A stretch of 64,000 nt of DNA from assembly GCA_018394315.1 (NCBI GenBank), contig CP074575.1, forward strand, positions 310,001 through 374,000, in the 5' to 3' direction. Shown here one piece after another: positions 18,395 through 29,014 of this stretch. A program made the translations under genes and the position numbers. The stretch is from Mycoplasmatota bacterium (GTDB lineage Bacteria > Bacillota_I > Bacilli_A > MAG-NZ). The notes beneath the pieces are model-generated. The model saw nothing but the letters and a program-made list of their open reading frames with translations, did no database searches and was not told the DNA's origin. How positions within the stretch are numbered: position 1 is the first letter of the stretch; every line of letters begins with the position of its first letter.

Positions 18395-21382
18395 TTACTT
18401 TTCTAAGACATAATACATTGCTGGAACAACAAATAAAGTTAAAATTGTTGATGCCATAATACCTCCCATAAATACTATAGCTAACGGTGAGAAAAATTCT
18501 CCTCCATTCATCACTAAAGGAATCAATCCCATAATAGTCGTAATACTAGCTAATAAAATAGGCCTTAATCTTCGTTTAACTGCTAAAATACAGGCATCAA
18601 AAACTACTATCCCCTCGTCAACAGCCTTATTGATATAATCAACCAACAAGATTCCTGTATTAACTACAACTCCAATTAAACTTACTACCCCAAGTAAAGA
18701 CGTCAAAGAGATTGGAGCATCATGATATACTAACATCACCGATGAACCTATCAATGATAAAGGTATAGTAATAAAAACAATTAGTGGTTGTTTATATGAA
18801 TTAAACTGAACAAACATTATTAAATATATTAGTACCACCGCAATTATTGCGGCAAGAACTAAATCATTAAATATTGATCTAGTTAGTGCTGTATCTCCAC
18901 CATACTCTAGTTTTATCTCACTTGTTATATGCTTATTAATTATATCCTCAATATCATTCTCTAGTTTAAATGAAGAATAATTAATGACTGGTTCAGCTTC
19001 AATTGTTACCAGTTGTCTACTGTTATATCTATATATACTGTCCTTGGTAGCAGTCTCGTTAATTTTAATTAAATCTTTCAATTGAATAGCTTTACTCGTT
19101 CTTCCAATAATAGATAAGTTTAAGAGTTCCTTGATATCAGTAAAATTGGATTTAACTAAAACAGCTATTTTATTATTATTGTAGGAAAAAACATCAGCGC
19201 TTAGTCCATTTAAATGAATAGCAATGAACTCCTCTATCTCAAAAACAGTCAATCCATATTGAGTTAATAAACTATCATCAATTTCTAAGTTATATTCTTG
19301 CTTATATGTATTCTCAATTATATTAAAGCTTCTTATATTAGACAGTTGATTTAAATCGTTTCTAATCTTATCTAAAGTATTCTCTAGTAAATTAGCATTA
19401 TAAGACATTAATAATAACTCAACAGATGCAGAATCCATTCCTAATGTTATTTGTTTAACTGATGCACTCCCATAATCATTATCGATAGCATCAATCTTGT
19501 CTTGTAAACTATTAACATAATCACTTATTTCATCAATCTCTAAATCTAGATTTAAATAAAACCTTCCTACATTTACTATCTCATTAGTCTTCCTAACATT
19601 AAGACTAAATAACGGCAACGATCCACCAACACTAAAAGTGTATTCATCTACATTCAAATCATCTTTTAGTACAGATTCTATCTCTAAAGCATATTCAGTT
19701 GTTTTTTCTTTATCTAAACTTTCATACTCATAATCAATATAAATATGAGTTTTTTCATCTGGTGGAAAAATCTCAATGGGTTGCTCTAGACCTACATATG
19801 ATAAAGTTCCAATAACTAGTACTATACTAAAGGTAATAATTAACCAAGCGTTACTTAAAGTAAAATTCATTATTGTTTCTAAAACTCTTTTCTTAGAATC
19901 TTTTTTCCTTTTCTTAGGTCTAAAGATTAAAGAAGCAAGTACCGGGGTAACTAGCATGGCGAATATATACGATAATATAATAGCTGTCATCACTGTTAAA
20001 GGTAAAGATCCTGCCATCTGACCTGCTAATCCCGGAAGCATAGCTAAAGGAATAAATGCAGCTACTGTAGTTAATGTTGACGATAATACTGCTACAGCAT
20101 TATCCTTTACTGCATTCTTGCATGAATCATATTTACTAGATCCTCTATCTAGATGATATTGAATTGATTCAGAAATCACAATCGAATTATCAACTAAAAT
20201 ACCAATGGATATAATAATTCCCGCAATACTCACTTTCTGTAATTCGTATCCTGCAATATCCAAAACTGAAATCGTAGTAAATACGATAATTGGAATTGTA
20301 AAAGCAATCCCTACTGTATTTCTAACACCCAGACCTATCATCACCACTACCATGACAATCAATATACATAATAACAATGAATTCATGGCCTGAGAGATTT
20401 GTTCATCTACAAATTCAGGAATAAAGTTAACTTCGGAAGCATTACTAGATTCATTAGTACTATTGAATTTATTCATCACTTCTCGTAAGTCATCCCCTAC
20501 TGCTGTAAAATCAATGTTTTCATCGAAGTAGACTTCTAATAATACTGCTTCTTTCCCCTTATAATAGTATTCTTTATTATCTGATACTTCCTTTAATTCA
20601 ATAGAAGCAATATCTTTCAAGAATAAAGGTATTGTTTGGCTCTCAGCTAGTCTGTATCCAACAACTAAGTTTTCTAATTCATTAATACTTTTATAATTTG
20701 GATTGACAAAGACAGATATAAACTCACCATTCTCAAGTATACTACCTAAAGGTATCTTATAACCATTCGCATATATCGAACCATATACATCCTTTAATGT
20801 AGTATAATTTTGAACCAACATTTCAAAGTCAATATTGACCTCAACATATTTTTCATGTGGAGAATCAATCTTAACAGATTTAACGTGATTAATATCCAGT
20901 AAATCATTCTTAAAATCAAGGGCATCCTCTTTTAGTCCTAGAAAACTACTGTTACTATGAACCGCATAAATTGCATGCGGAATATCAAAATCTGTTATAA
21001 AATGTCTTTCTATTACTTCATCGGGCAATTCTAAATCTGATAGTTCACTTTTAATCTCATTTGATATTGCACTCGTATCCTTCACATCAAAATCATACTC
21101 TAAAGATATAAATGCAACATTATCAAGCGTTGTTGATGAGTACTTTTCAACCTCATCATAACTATTAATTAAGTCCTCAATCTCGTAAGTAATAGTTTCT
21201 TCTATTTCAGTAGCGCTAAGTCCAGGTGCAATTATTTGAACAATTCCCATTGGCGCAATCATATCAGGCATTTCTTGCTTAGGTATTGTGATATAACTAT
21301 ATATTCCATAAAACAATAATATTATCGACACCACTAAAACAAAAACTTTTCTCCCTAAAACAAAATCTAATAATCTCCTCAC
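18395..21382 (-). CDS. RND efflux transporter permease (AcrB/SwrC-like)
   Basis: 995 aa with two large extracytoplasmic loops; GILVDNSIV, GVVVNTGILLVD and RLRPILL motifs. Confidence 0.93.
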   Translation of the reverse strand: MRRLLDFVLGRKVFVLVVSIILLFYGIYSYITIPKQEMPDMIAPMGIVQIIAPGLSATEIEETITYEIEDLINSYDEVEKYSSTTLDNVAFISLEYDFDVKDTSAISNEIKSELSDLELPDEVIERHFITDFDIPHAIYAVHSNSSFLGLKEDALDFKNDLLDINHVKSVKIDSPHEKYVEVNIDFEMLVQNYTTLKDVYGSIYANGYKIPLGSILENGEFISVFVNPNYKSINELENLVVGYRLAESQTIPLFLKDIASIELKEVSDNKEYYYKGKEAVLLEVYFDENIDFTAVGDDLREVMNKFNSTNESSNASEVNFIPEFVDEQISQAMNSLLLCILIVMVVVMIGLGVRNTVGIAFTIPIIVFTTISVLDIAGYELQKVSIAGIIISIGILVDNSIVISESIQYHLDRGSSKYDSCKNAVKDNAVAVLSSTLTTVAAFIPLAMLPGLAGQMAGSLPLTVMTAIILSYIFAMLVTPVLASLIFRPKKRKKDSKKRVLETIMNFTLSNAWLIITFSIVLVIGTLSYVGLEQPIEIFPPDEKTHIYIDYEYESLDKEKTTEYALEIESVLKDDLNVDEYTFSVGGSLPLFSLNVRKTNEIVNVGRFYLNLDLEIDEISDYVNSLQDKIDAIDNDYGSASVKQITLGMDSASVELLLMSYNANLLENTLDKIRNDLNQLSNIRSFNIIENTYKQEYNLEIDDSLLTQYGLTVFEIEEFIAIHLNGLSADVFSYNNNKIAVLVKSNFTDIKELLNLSIIGRTSKAIQLKDLIKINETATKDSIYRYNSRQLVTIEAEPVINYSSFKLENDIEDIINKHITSEIKLEYGGDTALTRSIFNDLVLAAIIAVVLIYLIMFVQFNSYKQPLIVFITIPLSLIGSSVMLVYHDAPISLTSLLGVVSLIGVVVNTGILLVDYINKAVDEGIVVFDACILAVKRRLRPILLASITTIMGLIPLVMNGGEFFSPLAIVFMGGIMASTILTLFVVPAMYYVLEK

Positions 21383-21498
21383 ATTATCACCTCTATTTTA
21401 CAAATTAAGACACACTTGTCCCATTAGTGTTTTTATGATACACTTCAAATAGAAGGTAGTCAACGGTTAAATGGACCAACGAAACAGGGGGAAACTGA

Positions 21499-22050
21499 AT
21501 GTATCATAAAATCAATGATAAAAGAGCAGTTCGTTCTAAAGAGTGGATTTATCAAGCATTAATCAAACTTATATATTTGAAAAAATATGAAAACATAACT
21601 GTTACAGATATCATTAAAAAAGCAGGAGTAGGTAGGTCAACATTTTATAGAAATTATGATCTTATAGATGATGTCCTATTAGAACATTTAGATAATACAT
21701 TTGAAGACTTCTACTTATATATTTTCAATGAAAACTTTAAAGAAGAAACTGATATTTCTCCACAACTCTTCATACCATTCTTTAGTTACTGGGATTCTAA
21801 ATCAGAGATACTTGAAATAATAATCAGAGCAGATAAACTAAGCTTTATTAATGATCGTATGGAAAAATCAATAACCAAAGTAATTAATACCTATAAGATT
21901 TTCGATAATTTTAGTAAGACCGACAATGATTATGCAGTAGTAATTATGGTAGGAATACTCCAATCAGTTCTAGTCAAGTGGATTAAAGATGGAAAAAAAA
22001 TCTCTACAAATAAATTAGCTGAAATAGTAATTAATTCAATATTTAAGTAG
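21499..22050 (+). CDS. TetR/AcrR family transcriptional regulator
   Basis: ITVTDIIKKAGVGRSTFYRNY HTH; divergent from the RND gene. Confidence 0.92.
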   Translation: MYHKINDKRAVRSKEWIYQALIKLIYLKKYENITVTDIIKKAGVGRSTFYRNYDLIDDVLLEHLDNTFEDFYLYIFNENFKEETDISPQLFIPFFSYWDSKSEILEIIIRADKLSFINDRMEKSITKVINTYKIFDNFSKTDNDYAVVIMVGILQSVLVKWIKDGKKISTNKLAEIVINSIFK

Positions 22051-22058
22051 GAGGACAT

Positions 22059-22448
22059 ATGGAATACATCAATATTACATTCCCTGGAGGAAAAAGAGTA
22101 ACAAGTCACGTAAATGAATTCACAATTGAAACAGATCAATCTATTCAAGGTGGAGGAGAAAACACTGCACCATCACCTATGGACTTATTTCTGTCGTCAA
22201 TCGCTACTTGTGTTGGCATGTGCGCTCTTGGATTCTGTAAATCTAGAAACATCGATACGAAAGGAATGAAATTAGCTTTATGCTTAAAAAAAGAAGATAA
22301 AAAAATTAAGGAGATAAACCTTAAACTAACCAGACCTGCTTCATTCCCTAAAAAGTATGAAAGAGTTATAATTGACGCAATCAATCAATGTTGTACTGTA
22401 AAAAAATATATATATAATCCACCAGTAATAAGTACTTCTTTAATATAG
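22059..22448 (+). CDS. OsmC/YhfA family protein
   Basis: TDQ..GG..APSPMDLFLSSIATC and CTVK motifs. Confidence 0.88.
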   Translation: MEYINITFPGGKRVTSHVNEFTIETDQSIQGGGENTAPSPMDLFLSSIATCVGMCALGFCKSRNIDTKGMKLALCLKKEDKKIKEINLKLTRPASFPKKYERVIIDAINQCCTVKKYIYNPPVISTSLI

Positions 22449-22613
22449 AAATGACTTATTCTATAAATACTTGTTTAATTTTCAATGAAACCAATACATA
22501 TTTGTCATCTAAATTAATTTTTTAGATTTTTTCTATGTAAATTCATTTGTAAAAGTGTTATTATGTGTGTGTAATATTTAATTCTTAAATTTTAGATATA
22601 AGGGAGATGAACA

Positions 22614-23804
22614 ATGAGACTTTCTAATCGAGTAAATGCAATGCAAGAATCACCGATAAGAAAACTAGTTCCATATGCAGAAGCTGCAAAAAAATCTGGA
22701 AAAAAAGTATATCACTTAAACATAGGACAACCCGATATTGAAACTCCAAAGGCATTTATGGAGTCTATCAAGGATTTTAATGATCCAGTTATCAAATACT
22801 CATTTTCTCAAGGTGATCCTAAGTTAATTAATGCTATTATTGAATATTATAAGGGATATAATATGCATTTTACTGAAAACGAAATCTTAATAACAAATGG
22901 TGGATCAGAGGCGTTATTATTTGCGATAATCGCAATTTGTGATCCGGGTGATGAGATTTTAGTTCCTGAACCATTTTATACTAACTATAATGGTTTTACT
23001 GGAGGAGTGAGTGTAAATATTAAACCTATTACCACTTCTGCAGAAAATGGATTTCATTTACCAGATAAAAAAGAAATCGAACAATTGATTACCAATAAGA
23101 CTAAAGCAATTCTCTTTAGTAATCCAGGTAATCCTACTGGTGTTGTTTATTCTAAAGAAGAGATTAATATGTTAGCTGAGATAGCTAAGCAAAATGATTT
23201 ATTTATTATCAGTGATGAAGTCTACCGAGAATTCGTTTATGATAATCTAGAGTATACGTCTTTTGGAAATGTAGAAGGTATAAGTGATAGAGTAATACTA
23301 GTAGATAGCGTTTCAAAACGTTATAGTGCTTGTGGAGCTAGAATTGGTTCATTAGCATGTAAAAATAAAGATTTCATTAAGCAAGTACTAAAACTTTGTC
23401 AAAGTAGATTATGTGTTCCTACTTTAGAACAAATAGGCGCAACAGCTCTATATCATGTTGATAAAGCCTACTTAGATACAGTAAACATTGAGTACAATAA
23501 GCGTCGAGATATCGTATATGAAACATTATCATCGATTGATGGTGTTATATGTGAAAAACCAACTGGTGCATTTTATGTAGTTGCAAAACTCCCTATTGAA
23601 GATGCTGAAGACTTTGTAATCTGGCTCTTAAAAGATTTTGATCTAAACGGTGAAACTGTAATGTTCGCTCCAGCTGCTGGTTTTTATGCAACAAAAGGAC
23701 TAGGCCAAAACGAGGTTCGAATAGCTTATGTCCTAAACGAGGATGATTTAAAGAAAGCGATGAATATCTTAAAATATGGTTTAGAAAAATACTCAAGAAG
23801 ATAA
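22614..23804 (+). CDS. PLP-dependent class I/II aminotransferase (aspartate aminotransferase-like)
   Basis: NIGQPD, NPGNPTG, SDEVY, SVSKRYSACGARIG. Confidence 0.93.
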   Translation: MRLSNRVNAMQESPIRKLVPYAEAAKKSGKKVYHLNIGQPDIETPKAFMESIKDFNDPVIKYSFSQGDPKLINAIIEYYKGYNMHFTENEILITNGGSEALLFAIIAICDPGDEILVPEPFYTNYNGFTGGVSVNIKPITTSAENGFHLPDKKEIEQLITNKTKAILFSNPGNPTGVVYSKEEINMLAEIAKQNDLFIISDEVYREFVYDNLEYTSFGNVEGISDRVILVDSVSKRYSACGARIGSLACKNKDFIKQVLKLCQSRLCVPTLEQIGATALYHVDKAYLDTVNIEYNKRRDIVYETLSSIDGVICEKPTGAFYVVAKLPIEDAEDFVIWLLKDFDLNGETVMFAPAAGFYATKGLGQNEVRIAYVLNEDDLKKAMNILKYGLEKYSRR

Positions 23805-23825
23805 AAAGGGATATGAATATAAAAT

Positions 23826-23872
23826 AAAAAACGGGCACTTAAAAATCATTAGATTTTCAAGTGCCCGTTTTT
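23826..23872. terminator. Bidirectional terminator
   Basis: AAAAAACGGGCACTT...AAGTGCCCGTTTTT between convergent genes. Confidence 0.85.
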
Positions 23873-23891
23873 CAATAAGCATAATCCCCCT

Positions 23892-24671
23892 TTATATAGA
23901 GAATTTTATTAAATTTAAAATATTCAATACGATAATCAAAAGAATGATAAAATTAAAAATGCATTTTATATTTGATTTGCTTAATTTCTTGATTAAATTT
24001 GTTCCTAGTAATCCACCTAAGATTCCTCCAGGAATCATATATAAAAGCATTTCTAAATTATAATTACTAAAGCCGGTCGTGAAACTAATACTTACTACCT
24101 TAGCAAACTGTGAAAGCATAATAATCAAGATAGAGTGAATTGCTGCAATTTTTGCATCCATAGAAAAGATCAAGTAAAGAAACGCTACATTAATAGGCCC
24201 ACCACCAATTCCAAGAAATGAAGCTATGAATCCAAGAATAATTCCTGTTATAACTATAACTAACTTATTATAAATATTATACGTTTTCAACTTGCTCTTT
24301 TCATTCACAAATACTAAAACAAATATCATCAATAAGCATAGAGTACCTGATTGAATTATTTTTATTGTGTTTTCTTCAATGTATATAAGAGTATAATTCA
24401 AAATCATATTTCCCAAAATACCACCAAGGATAGAACCTAATACGAGAAAAAAAGTTCTTAAACCTTCTAATTTAACTTTTGAAAGGATTTGTCTAGTTGT
24501 TGATACAATCGCCATCGAAAGAACAGTAATACTTGATAATAGTCCTATAGTAGCTACATCGTAACCACCTATAGTATCAAGAACTGGTTTTATTATTACT
24601 CCACCACCAACTCCCGCTAATGCTCCAAATATGGTAGAAAATAACGCTACAAGTAAGTAAATAATTTCCAT
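23892..24671 (-). CDS. Sulfite exporter TauE/SafE family protein
   Basis: Duplicated GxGGG motifs (GVGGGVIIKP, GIGGGPIN); multi-pass membrane protein. Confidence 0.88.
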   Translation of the reverse strand: MEIIYLLVALFSTIFGALAGVGGGVIIKPVLDTIGGYDVATIGLLSSITVLSMAIVSTTRQILSKVKLEGLRTFFLVLGSILGGILGNMILNYTLIYIEENTIKIIQSGTLCLLMIFVLVFVNEKSKLKTYNIYNKLVIVITGIILGFIASFLGIGGGPINVAFLYLIFSMDAKIAAIHSILIIMLSQFAKVVSISFTTGFSNYNLEMLLYMIPGGILGGLLGTNLIKKLSKSNIKCIFNFIILLIIVLNILNLIKFSI

Positions 24672-24686
24672 CTTTATTCTCTTTCT

Positions 24687-25313
24687 CTAGACAAAAAATC
24701 TATTTATGCTTTCTTTATATGTTTTAATAAGTACTCCTATAATAGGTCCTACTAATAACGCAGAGATAATAGTACCTTCTCGTATGATTACTATATCATT
24801 TAAAAAGACTAGTCCTATTAGAAGCGCAGAAGTCGATGTGATTATATCGTGAATTAACTTTACTCTACCAAAATCTTTATTATACCTAATAGTAATTGCT
24901 CTAATAAATCCTTCAGCTGTTGAGTCAACAATATGAGGTACTATGATAAACAACAATCCAAAAGATATAAACATAATACTAGCCAGTTGCAGAATGACTC
25001 TAAACAAATAAACATCCGGTGTAGAAAATATTAGTAGCATACCCGTTAAGTCAATAAAAACTCCAAATAATATACCGAATGGAATTTGTAATAAATACCT
25101 CTTCTTGAATTGTTTCCTTAAAATAAATACTTGTGAACCAACATAAACAAGATGGGTTAAAATTGTTGCATTACCAAAGGATATACCCCAGACATTACCC
25201 AAAGCATAAGGTAATGCACTCACTGCAGATAACCCTAAATTACTCTTACTTGAAAACGATACACCTAACGCTAGTAAAAATAAACCAAATATATATACTA
25301 CTAATTTCTTCAT
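24687..25313 (-). CDS. YczE/YyaS/YitT family membrane protein
   Basis: GVSFSSKSNLGLS..SALPY and IREGTIISALLVG motifs; GGAG RBS before the ATG at 25313. Confidence 0.82.
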   Translation of the reverse strand: MKKLVVYIFGLFLLALGVSFSSKSNLGLSAVSALPYALGNVWGISFGNATILTHLVYVGSQVFILRKQFKKRYLLQIPFGILFGVFIDLTGMLLIFSTPDVYLFRVILQLASIMFISFGLLFIIVPHIVDSTAEGFIRAITIRYNKDFGRVKLIHDIITSTSALLIGLVFLNDIVIIREGTIISALLVGPIIGVLIKTYKESINRFFV

Positions 25314-25347
25314 GTTATACACTCCACTTCCTTATACATTCTAACAT

Positions 25348-25380
25348 AAAAAAACTTTAAGTCTAACCTTAAAGTTTTTT
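25348..25380 (-). terminator. Terminator-like hairpin in the 5' region of the yczE-like gene
   Basis: AAAAAACTTTAAG-loop-CTTAAAGTTTTTT, 35 nt upstream of the ATG. Confidence 0.6.
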
Positions 25381-26145
25381 CCTGAAAAGCTTTCTACGAT
25401 AATGATGGAGATATGTAATATTTATAGATTATTTTATTAATCAATTTTAATTACTTTTAACTATAAATAACTCCGCATGTGTACTCCGTATACACTTACA
25501 TAAAAGGCTGAAGCTATTAACTTAAGATATAATGAACAAAATCCGTCTATGGAAACTAGGATTATTAATTAGCTGCTATACTTAATTAAATTTTAGACAG
25601 TTTAAGTCATTAATATTTTAAGCTTAGTATTAAAGTAAAAATAATCTACTAAAGATGCACCAACAATTGTTGATCGACTAATATCAATTAATAAAGAATC
25701 TTCTGCGGTAAATATTTTATATCTCAATCACAATTTTTAAAGCTCTTTATATGAATCTATTATCACCTTATAAATGAGGTTGTCTTCATCAATAAGTGAC
25801 TTATTTACCCGCATATACATCCTTTATGTTTTATATTTTACCAATTTTCTTCACTATTTCAACTTAAGTTCACTAAACTTTGATTCCATTATACCTATTC
25901 AATCGGTTTTTTACCTTAGAAATTAATTGCTCTCTTAAATAAAAACTACATTTTGTCTCATATCTTGGATATTTGTCGCATTTTTTATTACTGTTTTTCC
26001 TAACTTAAGTTATAAATAACTGTTTCTAAGATAATCTAAGCACCCACTTTTTTCAGATTTATTATAAATAGATTTTCATGTTTTGATTTATCTACCATAT
26101 AGAAAGTTTACATCTTAGAATAAAAAAAATGGCTGTTAGCCATAT

Positions 26146-27372
26146 TTAGGTACTTATTTTACTGAGAAGTGCGTACTTTCTTTTCGCAACTAGGTAATTT
26201 CTATAATCTGAAATAACTGTTGTATAATTCCTATTTGAAATCTTGGATTTGTTAGGAATAATTTTTTTGATAATATAGTCTTCATAATCCTTCTCGTTAT
26301 ATTCATGTTTAAGTAAAAAGACTGTTGAACATTTAATTTCAGTTAAGTTTAAACCACTCTTAAGTTCGTTGGTAATGTCTATATATTTGTCATGATTTAT
26401 TTCCTTATATACCCTGATTAATAATGTATATATAAAGTCTTTTAAATCGTTATCAATCAAAGAACCATCTTGACACTTTAGAGCGTTTTCTAAATGTATA
26501 AGAGCTTTTTTAAAATGTGATTGTTTAAGCGCCAATTCGCCCTTTACAAGGTTAAATAAACACTCATTACTCTTAAGTGCTTTTTTGATCATCTTTTTTC
26601 CTTCATTGTATCTATTTAAGTAATCTGATGCTTGCTCAATTTCGTTAATAATTAAGAATACTTCTGCAAGTTCAAGTAATACATTCTCCACTCCGAGAGT
26701 ATTATTTTCGAACTTAAACATTGTTTCAACCTCAAGGTAATATTTTACAGCCATAATCTTTCTTCCAAAATATTTCAATGCGTACGCATACCAAAAAACA
26801 ATATAACTGTTTCTACTATTGTCCATATTATCAAAACTTAATCTGAAATTTTTTATTAACTTATCCACGTCTTTATTCAGAATCAATTCTACCAATCCTA
26901 GATTAAAATAAAACTTTTGAAGTTGTACTCTAGACATTATGTTCTTTAGGTTCTTTAGGCTCTTTAGAAACGTAATTCTTTTAATAGCCAGATCATGGTT
27001 AATAAATTGAATTAATTCAAATGTAGCAAGTTCATTGAATGAGTCAATAACTAGATTTAAATCGAAGCATAATGAACCTTGTCTACTAATTAAAAAATCA
27101 TAAATTTTAAGACTAGCTGGATAATAAAACCTCTCTTGACTTCGAGAAAAAGTAGAGACTTTTCTTTTTAAGAAGCCAATGTCTGCTTCATGGGGAATTA
27201 TCTTGATTCCATATTTATCTAATAATTTGGCTTTTATTTTATCAGTTAGGTTGATTTTACCAGTTTCAAATTGGCTTAAAGCGCTAGCTGTACAAATATC
27301 ATCAGAAGCTTCATTTAAATTTAAACTATTAAACTTTCTTAATCCTTTGAATAGTATATTATCAACTTCCAT
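26146..27372 (-). CDS. XRE-HTH plus TPR-like helical-repeat regulator (RRNPP-like)
   Basis: N-terminal LRK...DDICTASALSQFETGK HTH typical of PlcR/NprR/Rgg, followed by about 340 aa with TPR-like patterns. Confidence 0.72.
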   Translation of the reverse strand: MEVDNILFKGLRKFNSLNLNEASDDICTASALSQFETGKINLTDKIKAKLLDKYGIKIIPHEADIGFLKRKVSTFSRSQERFYYPASLKIYDFLISRQGSLCFDLNLVIDSFNELATFELIQFINHDLAIKRITFLKSLKNLKNIMSRVQLQKFYFNLGLVELILNKDVDKLIKNFRLSFDNMDNSRNSYIVFWYAYALKYFGRKIMAVKYYLEVETMFKFENNTLGVENVLLELAEVFLIINEIEQASDYLNRYNEGKKMIKKALKSNECLFNLVKGELALKQSHFKKALIHLENALKCQDGSLIDNDLKDFIYTLLIRVYKEINHDKYIDITNELKSGLNLTEIKCSTVFLLKHEYNEKDYEDYIIKKIIPNKSKISNRNYTTVISDYRNYLVAKRKYALLSKIST

Positions 27373-27424
27373 AATATCACCACCTTATAATTTGATTAAA
27401 CTCAGACAATTAAATAATAAGCTA

Positions 27425-28165
27425 TCAACCTATAAGTAATGTAAGTAATACAGATAACAAATTATTTAAAGCATGTGCTACGATAGGTACGTAAATATTT
27501 CTATTACTTTTTAAATATATATACCCTAATACTATTCCCATTATTACATAAATAGGTAAGAAAATTATATCTCCTGTTATTACGTGCATAAGTCCAAACA
27601 TTAATGATGATATACCAATCCCGATAATGTTACCCCATTTTCGAAAGTATTCTAATATAACTTTTCTAAACATCAACTCTTCAATGATTGGTATAAATAA
27701 CACAACTGTTAAAGACATCAAAAGCGGAGACACAACCAATAAATCTACGACAGCATCTTGGTTCGCCGAATTTCCTTCAATACCCAGGAGAATGTACAGA
27801 GAACTAATAAAATAATTACCTAAAAGCATTATAATAAAACCAACAATACTTAACACTTTCAATTCTTTTGTCCCAAGGAATTTATTTAATTCTACCTTCA
27901 AGAATTTCTTTAATATCAGATAGAAAATAATCAATATGATAATTGAAGAAACAATCATTATCACTGGAGTCTTCAAAGTAAGATATTCCTTTAATTGATC
28001 CTCCATAAATAAAAGATCATCTGATGCGAAAAATCCACCGTTTTCTTTAATATAGTCCAAAGTATAGATTATTACGTAACCTATAGAAATAAGTATTTGT
28101 AGACCATTAAAAATAACTAAGTAACCCCAAAACACCCAGAGTTTTTCTCTTTTAGAAAGTTCCAC
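27425..28165 (-). CDS. CPBP (CAAX/Abi) family intramembrane metalloprotease
   Basis: EELMFRK, FGLMH, HALNN motifs. Confidence 0.93.
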   Translation of the reverse strand: MELSKREKLWVFWGYLVIFNGLQILISIGYVIIYTLDYIKENGGFFASDDLLFMEDQLKEYLTLKTPVIMIVSSIIILIIFYLILKKFLKVELNKFLGTKELKVLSIVGFIIMLLGNYFISSLYILLGIEGNSANQDAVVDLLVVSPLLMSLTVVLFIPIIEELMFRKVILEYFRKWGNIIGIGISSLMFGLMHVITGDIIFLPIYVIMGIVLGYIYLKSNRNIYVPIVAHALNNLLSVLLTLLIG

Positions 28166-28384
28166 TATTTTTCCTCCTTAGAAGTTAATTCATCACAATA
28201 TAGACAAAATCTTTTCTTTTATAATTATTATAAGACAGGACTTTTATCTACTTAAGATTTATACAATTAAGACTAATTATATTCTAACTTTCTTATTATT
28301 TCATTCTACTACTAGACTATCATAACTATGTACTTTTATAAATTGTTTTTTAATATAATAAACGACAAATTCACAAAAATTAAA

Positions 28385-29014
28385 CTATAAATGACTTTTT
28401 TTACACGCAAGTATAATTGTTAGTACATGTAGTAGCACTGTTATTAAAACTACTATAATAGCGGTAACAAAAAAGAAATTAATAGGGAGCATTACTAAAA
28501 GAGGATCATCATATCTAAGCATCCATAAGTCATTTGTAAATAATGTTTTATGAAACATAGTAAATGCAAAGTCGAAGTTAACAATCATTAAAAGAGTAAT
28601 AGAACCGACAAAGACCGTAGGAAATATCCAAATTTTTTTTAGAGTACTCCAAAATTCCTTTCTATCCCACAGGTAAATGCCACTTACTGCTACCATAACA
28701 ATGGAGAATGCAATTAAAATCTTTCCTCTTTCATACAGTACTTTAACATCCTCCATATGAGCTAATCCACGCTCTGTCATCAAAACATCACTCATGATTG
28801 GACTTGACCCAAAAACTAAATTGTCCTGCTTACCATTCAAGTAATCCATAATATTCGTAACTGCAAATTCATAGTCCCAAGTAATTTCTTGGTGTCTTTC
28901 ATACTGATTGTAGCTAACCATCATATACTGTTTAGTGGAAACTATTTGAAACGCTATTAATATAAAGACAATTGATAAAAACACACTCAGTGTTATTTTA
29001 GATAATATTTTCAT
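28385..29014 (-). CDS. TIGR01906/DUF1461 membrane protein (lipoprotein intramolecular transacylase Lit-like)
   Basis: AHMEDVK and FTMFHKTLFTNDLW..DD.L..M.P..FF, carrying the two conserved His residues. Confidence 0.75.
   Translation of the reverse strand: MKILSKITLSVFLSIVFILIAFQIVSTKQYMMVSYNQYERHQEITWDYEFAVTNIMDYLNGKQDNLVFGSSPIMSDVLMTERGLAHMEDVKVLYERGKILIAFSIVMVAVSGIYLWDRKEFWSTLKKIWIFPTVFVGSITLLMIVNFDFAFTMFHKTLFTNDLWMLRYDDPLLVMLPINFFFVTAIIVVLITVLLHVLTIILACKKSHL

Noticed and set aside
25381..25500. Purine, glycine, fluoride or preQ1 riboswitch upstream of the yczE-like gene
   Set aside because: Only short fragments resemble these motifs (TTTCTAC, TTTCAGG, GATGGAG); the required helices and the other conserved segments are missing.
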